Shown here: positions 39,033-53,262 of the stretch, piece after piece
How positions within the stretch are numbered: the stretch's first letter is position 1
Layout of the letters: every line of letters begins with the position of its first letter
Assembly (NCBI RefSeq): GCF_006345805.1
Contig: NC_042997.1
Span: 148,056,001 to 148,120,000 of the forward strand
DNA: 64,000 nucleotides
Source of the DNA: Octopus sinensis
Lineage: Eukaryota
Reading direction: 5' to 3'
Made by a program: the position numbers and the translations under genes
The notes under the pieces: generated by a model
Seen by the model: the letters and a program-made list of their open reading frames with translations, nothing else
Told to the model about the DNA's origin: nothing
Databases searched by the model: none

Positions 39033-39197
39033 TACGTCGGGACTCTTTCAGTTTCCGTCTACTAAATCCACTCACAAGGTTTTGGTCGGCCCGAGGATAT
39101 AGTAGAAGACAGTTCCTCAAGGTGCCACGCAGTGGGAATGAACCCGGAACCATGTGGTTTGTAAGCAAGCTACTTACCACACAGCCACACCTGCGCC
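38759..39197 (-). mobile_element. Full-length 19554-type SINE
   Basis: Reverse complement of the 19554 family with an expanded central (TA)n. Confidence 0.92.
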
Positions 39198-40029
39198 TAT
39201 ATATGCGAATATATATGCATATGTCTGTACACACAGATATGTCTTTGTGTGCGCGTGTACATATAAAGCTATACATTTACATATACGCAAAAATTTATAG
39301 GCATTTGTGATAAACAATATGTGCCTAACATTGCAGCAATATATCATACAGCATTTCTCTCCTGGAGACGATAAAAGGCTAGATACGGCTTTCTGATATT
39401 CTATCTCACTTATTCATTCGCAATTCTCTGGCAGAAAATCAATTATATTAATTTAATTTCCATTTCTCAACTCATTTTGTTATTTCAATGACAAAACTAA
39501 AATTCTTTACTATTTTCTGCTTAGCCTGTTATTTATATTTGTTTCAAAATTAGTTATGGAAAACTAGCTACTGATAACGTTATGCAAATACTATAAAACT
39601 TAGGATTTGAACTAGACTATTTTTCTGACGAATATTTATATTTGCACAAAAATATTTTTATTTGCACATATATTTTATTTGCATAATGCCATTTTGTGAA
39701 GAATATTTTTGGAATATTATATTACACAACCATCCTACATTTTTTTCTATTTTATAGTATATGCATTTGGTGAATAATCCCTACGTTATTTACAAATTTT
39801 TCATGGAATAATTATCAGTTAATTGTTATTTCCGAAGGTGAAAATGACAAGGATGTTTGTATCTCTAGTACTGAGTATATCCAACGTATTTTAACGTACC
39901 ACAACATTTATTCGGGAAATGTTTTATGATGTACAGGTACACCACCGATATTACATTATCCCTGGTTCTAAATCCTCGATGGATTAATCGTTTTACCCGA
40001 TCATCTGTAGTCTGTGGTTACCTCATAAT

Positions 40030-40215
40030 GGTTTCGAACTTTAGCACAAAGCCAGCATTTTTTGGGTGGAGGTCGCTGGTACTTATTTTATCGTTCTCGA
40101 AGGATGAAAGGCAAAGTCTACCACGGCGACATTTGAAGTCAAAAGGTAAAAGCGGACGACCATGCCGCTAAACATTTTGCCCAGCGTGGTAAATATTCCG
40201 CCAGTACACCACCGT
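40030..40215 (-). mobile_element. Degenerate Nin-domain-type SINE
   Basis: CTGGTACTTATTTTATCG..AAGGATGAAAGGCAAAGTC is the reverse complement of the Nin-like core. Confidence 0.7.
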
Positions 40216-40479
40216 CGTGGGCACTTAACAATAATTCATCAAAACATTTCTGACCTGTCAATTATATACCACCCATGCGCTAGAGTACCATGAACATTTT
40301 TTTTTAATCTTCCATCTATATGAACACTCCCAGTCCTCTTACTTGTAGCTACGGTTATCTTTCAGTAAAAAAAAAAACGCAGAGGTTCTCTTACATGTAA
40401 ACATAGGGTAAACAATCTGCGGTCGTGCTGTGAACTAGAGTGGTGGTGTCTGGAATTTCAATTTTCAACTCGTAATATA

Positions 40480-41830
40480 TCTAGATTAAAGATGTCGGAC
40501 CATCAGTTATCAAAACTCGTTGGCTGATGTACTTGTATAAGAATCCATGATCACATACTCGTATATCCCTACACACAAGTGTACTGGGCGTTTGTAGATA
40601 GGATCTATAGGAAATACTCAATCCAGCTTCAGATAAATGGTCTTTAACGAAATCAAATGCTAAACGTCAAGTTCCATACTACGTCAAGTTTCATACTCAG
40701 GTAGTACAGTAATTTGATGGGCTAACATAGTGTATTGTTCAATTTTGCTTAAGCTCTTATGACATTGCTACACGGAAGACATGGCATTTTCTGTGAGGGA
40801 ATTTGAGAATAAAAGAATAAACTTTTTAGTAACATATTCATGGAGTCTAGATGGTGTCACTTTAGCCCGTTAAATGAAGAATCTTGTTAATTTTGAGTGT
40901 TTACCTGTGAAAAAAATCTACACCTAAATGGGTTAGCCGACTATGGAAAAGTAAAGCCAATGTGCGTTAAAAAGGGTGTTATAATCCGATGATGGGGCAC
41001 CTTCAACTTCGACAACAGGAACTTGTCGAGAGGGATACAACTTGTAAAAGTCTTTCATTTCGGGTTTAGAAGGTCAATGCAATTCTTCGATCTAATAAGA
41101 ATATAGGTTCTTCGGTTACACTGAGCATATACTGTTTTGATTCATTAATGCATGTCCCAGATCTCACTATGAGGCTTCACTTGATGGCATATACTGTGGC
41201 TCGCTAACTCTGTACTTTTCTTTTTATCCGCGTGCTTAAAGAAAGACAAGTTATTGAAGTAATTGTTTCTGAAGTCTCTTTTTTATCATACATAAGATAC
41301 GATTGAAGTTCATTTCAGTCACATACTCCCATAATGACTTTCTGGAACTTATAATCATCTGGAAAGATTGCTATTTGGCCATGTTTGGTGGCATATTAAA
41401 TACCCTCAGTGCACCTAGTACAGTTTCCCGGGGTACACTATATATGCTTTTAACTCGTCCTGAGTAAATTCCATTAATGACAACATGATGGATTGTCATT
41501 GTCAAGAAACATTTAATCAATTGCAGCAGCGTACCACTGGCGACGATGCTGGATAAAATTCCAAGCAGTACCTTGTAATCGACTCTCTCAAAAATGTTAT
41601 TTAGGTCAAGGTAAAATACGTATTTGCTGAAAGTTTTTCTTTCGCAAAGCATTTAGAATGCTATCAGTGATGAAAGTCCTATGTTAGAGGACTGGGAAAA
41701 CATGTTAATTGGAATCAAGGAGTTGGTTATTCTGAAGGAATGCAGTTATGTTTGATCTCACTCCCCTCTCAAATACTTAAGTGACACGTGCGTTTAGTGT
41801 GACCGATTTCATACATACATGCATTCGGAC
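40480..41830 (-). mobile_element. Old CR1-like LINE RT remnant
   Basis: FYLDLNNIFERVDY..HVVING..SVPRETVLGAL parallels YLDFSKAFDRVDH..SGVPQGTVLGPL. The 3' extent is approximate. Confidence 0.7.
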
Positions 41831-42319
41831 ATGTTAGCTGTCAACTCGTACACGATTATGACCAGCACTGACAAATTATCTTATTCTATATATTAAAGAT
41901 AATATCGAGAATAAAATATTGCTGTCAGCAACGTCTGTGCTTAACTTTAAAAATCAATAACAGCTTCTGCAACACTGCTAAGACTCACCCTGAAGGCTAA
42001 GTAATCCAGAAGCAAGCAAGAGGAAGGTTTCCGGCTACGCAATGAAACGGGTATTATATTGAAATTTCCTTCTCATTGTGAAATGGCTAAACAAAAACTG
42101 GAGGTTCCATTCCTAGCTGTTGGATGGCCATTGACTCTACTGTTTCCGTCTTGCAAGGTCTCCAACAAAACCCACTTTCCATACCGAGCAGGCTTCGTAG
42201 CGTCACTGGTTTAGTCACCAACGGCCCTGCCCATGCGACATGTAATGGGTTACATATTATCAGCAGCACTAAATGCGACCTGACATTCATGCATGCATGC
42301 ATGCACGCACGCACGCACG

Positions 42320-42382
<63 letters not shown>

Positions 42383-42589
42383 ATATATATATATATATAT
42401 TATTGCGAATGTGTATAGAGTAATATATTAGCAGAATAAAGTTAAAACAGTTTGGTTTTTACGTTTTTTTGTTATTTTTATAGTCGTATGTTAACAAAAT
42501 TAGCGCTTTCACACACACACTTTACTTTTGAGATTTCATATGTGTTTAATTGACATTGGTGTTCTTGACAACTTTAGTACCTCTTAGAA

Positions 42590-42970
42590 TGCTCCAGCCA
42601 ACGGAATGTTTACAATATGTAATGATAACAGTTGTAGAACGTGTCAATATATGCATACGGCTAGATTCATTAGAACGAAAAACGGAGAGCTTTTCACAAA
42701 TGCAGATATAAAGTGCAAAAGCAGAAATTTGATGAGCTGCATTAAATGCCCGAATTGCGAGGAACTATACATAGGCGAGATAGGGAATGCATTACCGGAA
42801 CACTCACGAGTCCACAGACAACAAATCTGGAACACCAATAATCGCCAAACTACATGACACAAATTACGTGACACAAGTAAGGTTGGAAGAAAGATAAAAG
42901 AAAAACGGTTTATAAAAATGTTCAAACGTGCTCTGGACGGAAATAACAACAATAATATAGCAACCAGTTA
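42590..42970 (+). mobile_element. Penelope-like (Neptune-type) GIY-YIG remnant
   Basis: CNDNSCRTC..KCKSRNLMSCIKCPNCEELYIGEIGNAL..RVHRQQI. Confidence 0.8.
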
Positions 42971-43487
42971 ATGATGTGGATAATAAATATAACCAAGTTA
43001 CAGAATATCGGTACGCCTAGCAAACCGTGATGTTTCAATGTCATGATTAGCGAAATGCGATACCGGTCGACTACCAAAATTCTGTATCATTTAAAATATA
43101 TTGAAACTATGTAAACTGCATGCTGCTATTTTGTTAAACTGTCGTATGTCCAAATTTGGCCAAATAAGTTTCTTTTTTTCAATATTTAATTTTGCTCGCA
43201 ATAGCCGGTTCTTTTCGTCGAACCATCGTATCTCCAGCTGCTTCAGATACCAACGTGAAAATTGTCGGTTTATCATTTTTCAAAATTATAGTAAGTCACA
43301 CATACGACAGTTTTGCAAAAGTATTTCAGACTGAAAATATCATACATGCACAGAGTTATGATTTTATGCACGCAATGAAGTATTATTGCTAAGCTGGAAC
43401 TGTTGCTAATGTAAAAAGAAATGAAATGGGGAAACTATCTTTTCATTTTGTAGAAAAAGCATCATTTTGGACTTACGACACTTTTGC

Positions 43488-43524
<37 letters not shown>

Positions 43525-43528
<4 letters not shown>

Positions 43529-44030
43529 TTTTATTTGCTTGTCATTTGAGTACCACTTTAAGGAGATATTAGTAACAGAAATCGACGGCCGAAATTATTC
43601 ATTGTAAGCTTAGTACTTATTCTGTCGCTCTCCTCTCCCATACCGCTAATCTACGTAGACGTAAACATAGCAACATCGTTTCTCAACCAATGGTGGGGGG
43701 AGTAACACAAAGACACACACACAAACACACACAAACACACACACACACATATATTCTGATGGGGTACTCTATAGTTGTGTAGAGTACAATTTTATTAGTC
43801 TCATACAAGAATATTGTTGACTATCCGATCCTTCGAATTGACTGTCAACAGTATTCTTGTGTAAGAATACTATATATTATCGCATCTTCTACACACATTT
43901 TAACTATCAAGTTCCACTCACAAAGCACTTGTCACCTCAAATCTGCTATTGAATTGGACTGACAAATGATTAAGCAGTACGATGAATCACGAGATTACTT
44001 TGTAAGGATGCAAACATCTTAATTACATCA
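43525..44030 (-). mobile_element. Degenerate 19554-type SINE containing a palindromic insert
   Basis: GAAATCGAC..TAGTACTTATTCT..ACCGCTAA..CCACTCACAAAGCA, with extra palindromic sequence at ~43770-43907. Confidence 0.6.
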
Positions 44031-44129
44031 TTAGTCACATTGTCATATTTTATATAACATTGCAGCGGGTCACTCCCTGGGCTATGACATTACAGTCTTA
44101 AACAACATCTGATAAATATATCAATGTCA

Positions 44130-45130
44130 TTTCATATTCTAAATATGCAACCGAATCCTACGTTTATGTATATTAAACCTAAGTAGCTATGCTCTGAAGT
44201 AACGTTTCATATATTTATCAAACAGATGTCTGTTTTGATGTTTGTAGCTTCATTTAAAAATTGTGCTGTTGTTGTTCCAAGTTGCATACTCTTATGCGAA
44301 ATGTTTTATCATTGAGAAAGTTATCATGTGGTATTGAGATTAATTTTAAATTTCTCTCTTGTTAAAAATGGTTGAGATTGTACAAGGCTGTTGAAAGTTA
44401 TATTAAGCATTGATTTTTCCCATAGAACCGAAATACATGGTCCTTAAAATAATTAGTAATAATTAGTAATAATTAATAATTATTAATAGTAAAACGCAAA
44501 CTCAGCTCAGCAGTATTTAAATTTGACTGAACGTTTATCTTTTTGCATTTGCATTCTTAATATCTTACTTTTGTGTATATTTCGGACTTCTTGTGTCACG
44601 TGTTTGTATATAATCACTGCCTTGGAGACAACTGACAAAACTTCATTGCACTGACACAGCTTCAATAATCGTATGCAATTCCCCATAGCTCTATATAATT
44701 TGTCTTATTTCCCTCAAAATCTATTATATTAAAATGAATTTCGTACTGACTGGCTGCTTCGATTCTCAGGTAATGTTCTATGTATTGCCACTTTAACTTT
44801 CCCTGGTATCTTCTTGGATATTCTGTCTAAGCTTAAGGCTACAACAGTAACTGGATATATTGGTGATGGGATAGGTGTATATAATGTTGATCATTATATA
44901 CTCAACAGGCAGAATCCTGTAACCGCAATTTGGATTTCGTGTCGTCGCAATTTCAAAATCGCTTATATCACTAATACATTTTAAGAAATGTAGTCTACGT
45001 CACATGCTCCCATTTCTTCTCGACTGAAAACCTAATTATTGTGCTGATGTTTGTGGTCAGCAAAGAAAGCAATTAATTTCTTCCGCGCCCTTCCTGTTTA
45101 AATATCCGTTCTTAGAAACTGTTGAACTAC
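44130..45130 (+). pseudogene. Near full-length decayed intronless class-A GPCR (FMRFamide-receptor-like pattern)
   Basis: FIYLS../FDV (TM2), LSC..SC*KWLRLYKAVESYIKH*FFP*..TW (TM3 W..ER..FP), FDSQVMFYVLPL*LSLV..LSLR (TM5), VTAIWIS (TM6), AINFF at 45069-45083 (TM7). Confidence 0.55.
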
Positions 45131-45414
45131 ACGTACGCTCCTACACATTTCGTAAACGGAAATATATTAGCCTAGCAAACATATCATACAACCTAGTCAG
45201 AAAAAAAAACTAAACACTAATATTTTTAGTAACAAAATCATTAGACATATTACATAAGCAACAGGCTGATATTTTCAAACTATTCATACACATATCATTA
45301 TTCATTACATGCATTATCTGGGAGGCATTTAATACATATCAATAACCGGAATAATTAATTTCGAAATAAATGACGCTTCTCCAGCAACACAACTTAATTA
45401 TAACGAAAGGATGA

Positions 45415-45454
<40 letters not shown>

Positions 45455-46799
45455 TTGTATGTATGTATGTATGTATCTTTATATATGGATGTGTGTATAT
45501 ATTTCTTCGGCTCCCTTTATTTACATATGTAATGTTGTCGAGGAAAAGAAAAGCGACAGACCAGCCATTCAATCTAATATTTTCTTCTTTACATATCCGG
45601 CAATGAGGCTCCTCTTTCAATAAACGCTAACTGAATGAAGAGTTAATAATCACCTGTAAACATGTGCTTAAAAGTTCCATTATATGAATGTTTTGTTCCA
45701 AGAGTTATTTATTCGAGGGATACTAAACACTTTTCATAAAGTTATTTATTCACTCATACACTCTTTAAGTCTCTAATATTTCCCATTTCCAACTGAACGT
45801 TAATGCAGTAATAACTACTGCACTTAGAAAACATTTCGTCTTTTTAAATCTTTCACATTTAAACATCTCAACATTGCAATTAGGTGTCTGGCGTTAATGA
45901 AACTAATTCTAATCTTTGACAAAATCTTATTATATTTTATTATATTATTAGACGTGATTCAAGAAAAAAAAATATTTAACTATTGTATTAATCAGATGTT
46001 GCTAGGGATATTTGATATTTTGTGAATCAAATTTAATTGAAATAATGCAAGCAGCTAGAGCGGGTGAATACCTTGTTAAATTTGATTTTTTTTTTCTCTT
46101 TGAATATAAAACAAGACAGGTGTCTAAGTTCAGATGAGTTAAAGTATAAAATAATAATGAATATATAAATATACATATTTAATGCTTGATGACGTAAATA
46201 CACATTCTACTTTGAAATTTAACTCAATCTTTAATATTCAACTTTATTTTAAATCTCATTTACATATGCAATCGCAGTTCTTTTTCTATTTCTATATCTC
46301 ACATCTTTAGTCACTAGGAATATCTGTACGTGTATGTATGTACGTGCGTATGTATATATATGTATGTATATGTATGTCAGTGTGTGGGTGTGCGCACGCG
46401 CATGTTTGTGTGTGTTTGCGTGTTTGGGTGTTTGAGTTCGTGCGTGTTTGTGTGTGTGTGTGTGTGTATGTGTGTGTGTGTATTAAAATGTGTGAAAGTG
46501 TGTACAAGCCATTAGAAATCATGTTCCTTGCGCGAATATTAAAGCTGTAGCTGTAGGATGTGCATTCTGGTATATGAAGTGCATTAACATCATGTTACCA
46601 CCACTACTACTACTACTACTTGATCTGATGATATCACTATAATACATCCTATTACTGTGCGTCTGCATCACTTCATAAACTTGGGATGATCAAACATTGA
46701 ATACCTTTTATGATAAGTAAGATGGAATTTGACCTCGAGACTAAACAACATCAACATCGACTACTAATTATAAGCAGATTTAATTCATGCTACAAATAA

Positions 46800-46955
<156 letters not shown>

Positions 46956-47719
46956 CAAGATAAATATAAAATAACAGAAGCGGGAGCAACACCAATATAA
47001 CATTTTTGTTATATATTAGACCAAGCCCATGCATTTAAATGAAGACTCTATACGTGAAGTAAAACAGAGTTAATTTCTCAGGTTTATTCTATTGATGAGA
47101 AGTCAGTATAGAACCAAGTATTTTGGAATTTGAACTTAAGTGATAAATTAAGATTGTGGAACAAGAGATTGCGCACGAGAGAATCTGTAAGATGCCGCTC
47201 GACTTCCTTATAAGAAGAAGTCAAATCTCTCTCAAATTGCATTCTGGGATCTTTAAAAACAATCAGAAATATCAATTAATATAACGAATGCTAAATGAAA
47301 CATATTCATGTATACTTGGGGATACACAACATATATAGCTGAATACTGCGGACTGTGTTTTTACAATACTTTCATACACTGCGCTAGATAATTCTGAATT
47401 AAAAGTGAATTTTGTTTTTAAAAGACAAGTAAGCTGCATGTTGTAATGCATCAAGGCAACATCTAAAACTAATATATAGTAAAAATAATAAAATATAATA
47501 AAATATAAAAATTGGTCACGTAAAAGAAATTTCTCTCAAATAACGAACAAAAACTACAAAATGAGAATGGAAACCATGTAAGCTGTGAGAATACTTGCAA
47601 GGAGGAGAAATCAAAGGTGACACTAGTACATATACACGCATCCACACACACAGGTGCCTTAGAATACTTATCGAACAATTGACTCGCAGCCACTGAAGCA
47701 GAACTATCCAAACATTGAC

Positions 47720-48365
47720 AACTTACTATAATGGGCGTTATGTCCGTCTGTCAGTCCGTCAGACCATCTGTATGTGTGTTCCCTCTTTACGGTCAAACGT
47801 CTGGAAGCCTTTTAGCAAAAAATAGGTGAAAAAGTATGATTATTTAGTTGATATTGAGTTTTGTGTTTTTTTTTTTTGTTAAAATTCCGGCGACGGAGGA
47901 TGTAATCTGAATACCCAGCTCCAACGCATAGTTCGTGAAATTGAAGGGTTTATAAAGTATGATTATTTCGTGGATATCGATTTTTGAATTGATAAATCAC
48001 CTTTGCATTTTTATTAAAAATTCACCGACCACAAGTAACTCTAGATTTTCATTGTATAGTTCGTGGCGCCATCGCAGATACAAAGGGGGTCACGAGGACG
48101 GTTAATAGCGAAAATAAAATGGAAAAAGTGTGTGTGATTATTTAGTCGTTATTGAAGTGTGTCAGTCTCGGGCAGGATTCGAAACGGATACCAGAACAGG
48201 GAGGAGTGAGTCTTAGTTTGATTTTTTTGCAACTCTAAAGATTCCGATCGCGCATTTACAGACTTTAGATCGTGTAGCTGTATTTTTACCCATTCTGATG
48301 TTTACACACGGCCAGTTAAACGTCGCTATGAGTAGTGCAACGGACTCCGGTAATTTGAAATTAGC
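47720..48365 (+). mobile_element. Probable non-autonomous Helitron-like element with internal tandem repeats
   Basis: 5' CTACTATAAT followed by a GTCC/GTCT tract. Diverged internal units (AAGTATGATTATTT at ~47832 and ~47955, related at ~48132). Degenerate 3' GCAACGG..CCGG..TTAG. Confidence 0.45.
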
Positions 48366-48880
48366 GTCGAACAAACAGAAAATATCGCTTACAAAGACGT
48401 TTTGTAATCATGTTGATATTATGGAAAGTAATATGATTCATAATTTAAATAAGGGAATCTGTGAACTTTGAATGTATAAGAGTATAAACAAGCATAAAAT
48501 GGTGTAAAAATGAAAATAAAATTATATCTAAATAACATTTCTTTCTTAATAATTTTTATGCAGTGGTCGATGGAAGCTCTGGCTTTCATTTGGAGTTGTT
48601 CACATAGCCATACATGATACAGAAACTGGGAATCTATTTCAGTTCGGGGGTGAATTCTCATCACATGTCAGTCGCAAACATGTGATATAGCTACAATAGA
48701 ATGTTGTACCACCAACAATTATGTGATTTCTTTAAGACATCATTCGATAATCTGTCAAGTCCATTTACACATTTCTCAATACATACTGCTGTTAGGACTT
48801 CCCACCCTCATGTTATGCCTCCATCGTAGATGGTAGATTTGCTAGTGGTTAAAATGGACGTGAATAGAGTAATGTAAATT

Positions 48881-50480
48881 AAAACTTAGATAAAACTTAG
48901 ATATGTTTCGACCAGAGATTGGTCCAGGCCATGTCTAACTTAATAGCACCACCTGATAGGATTATTCGAATCCTGTTTAAGTCAAGTTTTGTTCAAGTAG
49001 TGAGTTCTTGTTGGGTGAGTTGTATCCAGTTTTGTTCAAGTAGTGAGTTCTTGTTGGGTGAGTTGTATCCAATTATGGGTGGCTTGTCTGGTATTCTTTG
49101 AAGGAATCTATCCAGACTCTGTTTGAAGTTGATGGGATCCTTTTCCTCTTTGATCTCCCTCGGGACAATGTTAAATAGGGCAGGGCCTGTTGAGGAAAAG
49201 AAATTATGTTGCAGTGTACATGTATGTTGTGATCTTGAATTTGGCAGGGGACGTATAGCCCGTGGTCCAAGTCTCGGATGAACCTTGAAGCTAATGTTTA
49301 GGTCGTTTGGGCAAAGTTGGTACAAATGATGTACCGCTCACGGCGACGCTGGAGGGAGTAAAGTTTCAAGGCTTTAAGGCGATCCCAATAGTCGAGAGCA
49401 GCCATGCCTTCAATTTGTTTAGTGAGAGCCCTCTGGGGTGACTCAATTCTGGAGATGTTTTGTCTTGTGTGAGGAGACCACAGTGGGCAGCAGTATTCAA
49501 GGTGTGGCCGTACAAAGGATTAAAAAAGTGGTATGATGACACCTTGTTCTCTGGACCGGAAAGTTCTTAAGATCCAGGAACTCATCCTACGAGCTGTATC
49601 GACCTTCTTGTTGATGTGTGCGCTCCAACTGAGATCGTCATCAACAATTACACCCAGGTCTCTGATATTGTTAGAGGCTGTGAGCGGTTCCCCTGAAGGA
49701 AGAGAGTATGGTTGCTTTAGTGAGGAATTTCTTCCAAAATGCATCAGCTCAAATTTTCCCTCATTCAGTTGCATTTTGTTTCTGTCTGCCCATTGACTCA
49801 CAGCATATAGGTCAGACTGGAGTTGAGTTCGGTCTGCTTCTTCATTGACGATTTGCTGGAGCTTAGTGTCATCAGCGAATATTTTCACTTTGCAGTGATG
49901 TACGACACTGGAAAGGTCGTTTACATAAATTATGAAGAGTAGCGGACCCAAAACAGTTCCCTGGGGAACACCGCTGGTGACTTTTGCTGGGTTTGAGTGG
50001 ACTCCATCAACTACAACATGTTGTGTTCTATTCGCTAGGAAATACTGAATCCAGTGTAGAACTTTTCCACGGATTCCAACATTTGCCAATTTTGAGAGTA
50101 GGATGTTATGGTCTACCCTGTCGAACGCTTTACTGAAGTCAAGGTATATGACGTCAGAGTTCGAACCTGTTCCCAAGGCTTTGAGTACATCTTCAATGTG
50201 GTGTAAGAGCTGTGTTAGACAGTCCCTGCCACAGCGAAAGCCATGTTGATTTGAATTTAGGAGTTTGTGGGTCTCCAGGAAGTCAGCTATCCTTGATCTT
50301 AACACTCTTTCAAACACTTTAATGATGTGGGAGGTGAGTGAGATTGGGCGATAGTTGACTGCGAGGGATCTGTTTCCCTGTTTGAAAACCGGGATGACCG
50401 ACTGGGATAGAAACTTTTTCGGTATATAACCTGCGTCTAACGAGTTTCTCCAGAGGTTGATCAGAGGGACTGCAAGTTGA
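48881..50480 (-). mobile_element. CR1-like LINE, 5'-truncated, with RT domain
   Basis: NYRPISLTS, QHGFR, YLDFSKAFDRVDH, SGVPQGTVLGPLLF, FADD. In-frame stop at 49520-49522 before SFVRPHLEYC. Tandem 11-bp tail AAAACTTAGAT x2 at 48881-48902. Confidence 0.95.
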
Positions 50481-50990
50481 TGATTATATAATTAATATAA
50501 AGATGAAAAATGGTTTGCAATATCGAAACTTTACTTTGGACCATAGTAAGCATACAATTTAACGAAGAAACTGCAACAATATTAAATGCTACAGATTCAT
50601 ATGATAGCAAAAAAATTTCAGGATGAACACAAGAAAATTCATAGACTAAAAAAGTGGTAAAGGTCTGAGCTTGGGAAGGATTGATTAACATTTCCCTTGA
50701 CAGTGTCTCTCTGACCCAGATTCTGGAAACATAATCCGTAAGTTCCCAGAGATTCTAGTCGCTCGTAGACGTGAGTTAAATTATGTTATTAGTAAATGAA
50801 ACGCAATTCTAAAGGTTGAAAGAAATGGATTAATAATCAAATAACCAGTAGCATCTCTGTTAGAAGAGGAATAATCCAGAGGTACTTTCTTCTTATTCCA
50901 TTTTGCTTATTGTTGATGTTTCTAACCGCTGAAAAGAGGCCAAAGTAAGATCAACAATCATTTATACATTCATTACCGCAACTTGAACGA
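50480..50990 (-). pseudogene. Candidate decayed GPCR 5' half (TM1-TM3) cut by the CR1-like insertion
   Basis: CGN/MIVDLTLASFQRLETST, WIIPLLTEMLLVI, SVAFNIVAVSSLNCMLTMV. Weak. Confidence 0.3.
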
Positions 50991-53156
50991 CGCTGTTAAT
51001 AAATAACTAGAAACATCGTTATGTATAGCAAACGGGTTTAGTGCAGATTAATATGTGGACATAATTACACTTAGTAAGGTCAGAGAACTCAACTTTAAAA
51101 CGGTGCATTTGTGAAACAAAGTGGAAAATGTCATACTAGATTTTTTAAGAAATATAAGGAAGAAGAATGAAGTTAGTAAGTGCAAGATATGTGTAACTTT
51201 AGAAGACGCAATCATATTTTTTTGCCTATCCATTTTTCCTTATCCACAATCATATTTTTTGCTTATCCAAAATAGAATAAAGAACAAATCTTAAAAATTT
51301 AATCGTGCACTTGTTAATGCTTAACCAATTGAAAGACCGATGTCCATGTATTTTTCTGGGGTTTCTGAGACTGTTGGGATACAGGGAGAGGCGAGAAAAT
51401 ATTTCTTCAAAACAGAAACCTGGAGTAGAAGCTAATAAATGAGTGGAATCCAGCATTGAAGGCGGTGGGGCAGTGCAAGGCAGCAGAGTAAATCTGCCAA
51501 CCAGTATAGCATGGCTGATTGGAACCCAGAACACTAAAAACCATGTAATGCAAGCTATCTTGTCCGACGCGCTAAACAACCGCTGCTTTACCTAGAGATG
51601 TACTTTACTCTGTAGATCAGAGAAAGATGAGACGCAAAGCTACTCTCAGCAGGATTTGAAATCAGAATGCAAGGAATTTCATCCGCTGCCATAACGATCT
51701 ACTAATTTGCCTGAAAAGGACGCAATATTCTCCACTGGAATGTCTTTGATCATAAGCAAGTCTTCTAGAACAGAAAGACAACAACAACAACAACAACAAC
51801 AAACATATTATTGTGCAATGGAAGAACAACAAAGGAAAACGGAAAAATGTGCAACTTAGGATTCATCAACATACGGCAGGACCACTTTCATAGAAGATAG
51901 TTTATAGGAATGTAAACACATGGAAAGCCTTAACGTTTAATTATTGGCATTAGTGTCGCCTCAATGAAATTTTATGTTTACACAAGAAGAAAGTTTGGCT
52001 GCTTGTATAAAGTTTCGTCTTTGCACTTATACGGACGGAATTTCTATATAAATGATCGGTCTTGTATTTTGTTTATCTTAATTGCTGTTTTAGCTGTTGT
52101 TAATGTGTCTTTATGTGTGTGTGTGCGTGTGTGTGTGTGTGTGTGTGTGCGTGTGTGTGTGTGTGCGTGTGTGTGTGCGTGTGTGTGTGTGTGCGTGTGT
52201 GTGTGATGAACATAAATGAAATGTATGTATGTGGAAAACACAGAAAATGGGAGTGTGAGATTCATGGGTAATTATAATGGGACGAAGAAAAAAGCAAGGA
52301 GGTGAAAGAGAGAGAGAGAAATAAAGAAAGAGAGGGGAAGAGGAAGAAAGAAAGAGGAACAGAGCGAGAGAAAAGAAAAACTGACACTATGAAGAACTAT
52401 AAAACAGAGCAGAATATAAATACAGAGAAAAAGAGAAGGAGGGAGAAAGAAGTAAAACGTGAGAGGTAGAAAAAGTGTTAAACTCACACTGGCAAGTAAA
52501 ATCATTAAAAATTCAAAAGCTATAAGCTTGTGAGACAGTGGCAATAGAAAGAAAAAGAAAAGAGAAGATAAAATGTTGTGGAATAATAGACACAAGGGAT
52601 TAGTAAAAGAAAGATTTAAATAGACAGTGTGAATATAAAATATTAATATGTGAATGAATAAGAAAAGAAAGATGCGTTGCTTTGACAGAAGGCAAGCATG
52701 GTTAGGAAGGTTAACAGAGTAAGGTATGGGAGGAGGTATGTATAGATGGTAAGGGGGGAAACTGTTCAGTTTTATGAATGACAAGGATAGTGGGTTTTAG
52801 TGGAGTATTTTTAATCATACTTTTAAATAATATTCCACGTGAGGGAGCTTTCTGTTCATAATAAGAGATTTGTCCCTTGAGATAAGAATGTGAAACAGAA
52901 GCAGACGAAAGCTTTGAATAATAATGACTGCTTGCCATGTGTTTGCCGTGCTATTTTCTTTTACTTACGCACTAGAATGTTCATGCTTAATTTAAACACC
53001 CCACAATAAGCAGTTGTATTGAAAAACATATGTTGTGACATTACATTCAGTTATTTATATACACTCGCAGACAGGCCACCATCACCTAAACCATATAATA
53101 TATACATACATACTTATGTATATGTATGTGTATGTGAGTGTGTGAGTATACATATA

Positions 53157-53262
<106 letters not shown>

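Noticed and set aside
39380-39800. Hydrophobic translation with an LATD/RY-like word
   Set aside because: Too few conserved positions to call a GPCR.
52272-52784. 170-aa F/L/S-rich ORF
   Set aside because: It arises from a low-complexity purine tract, possibly an old PLE 3' UTR.
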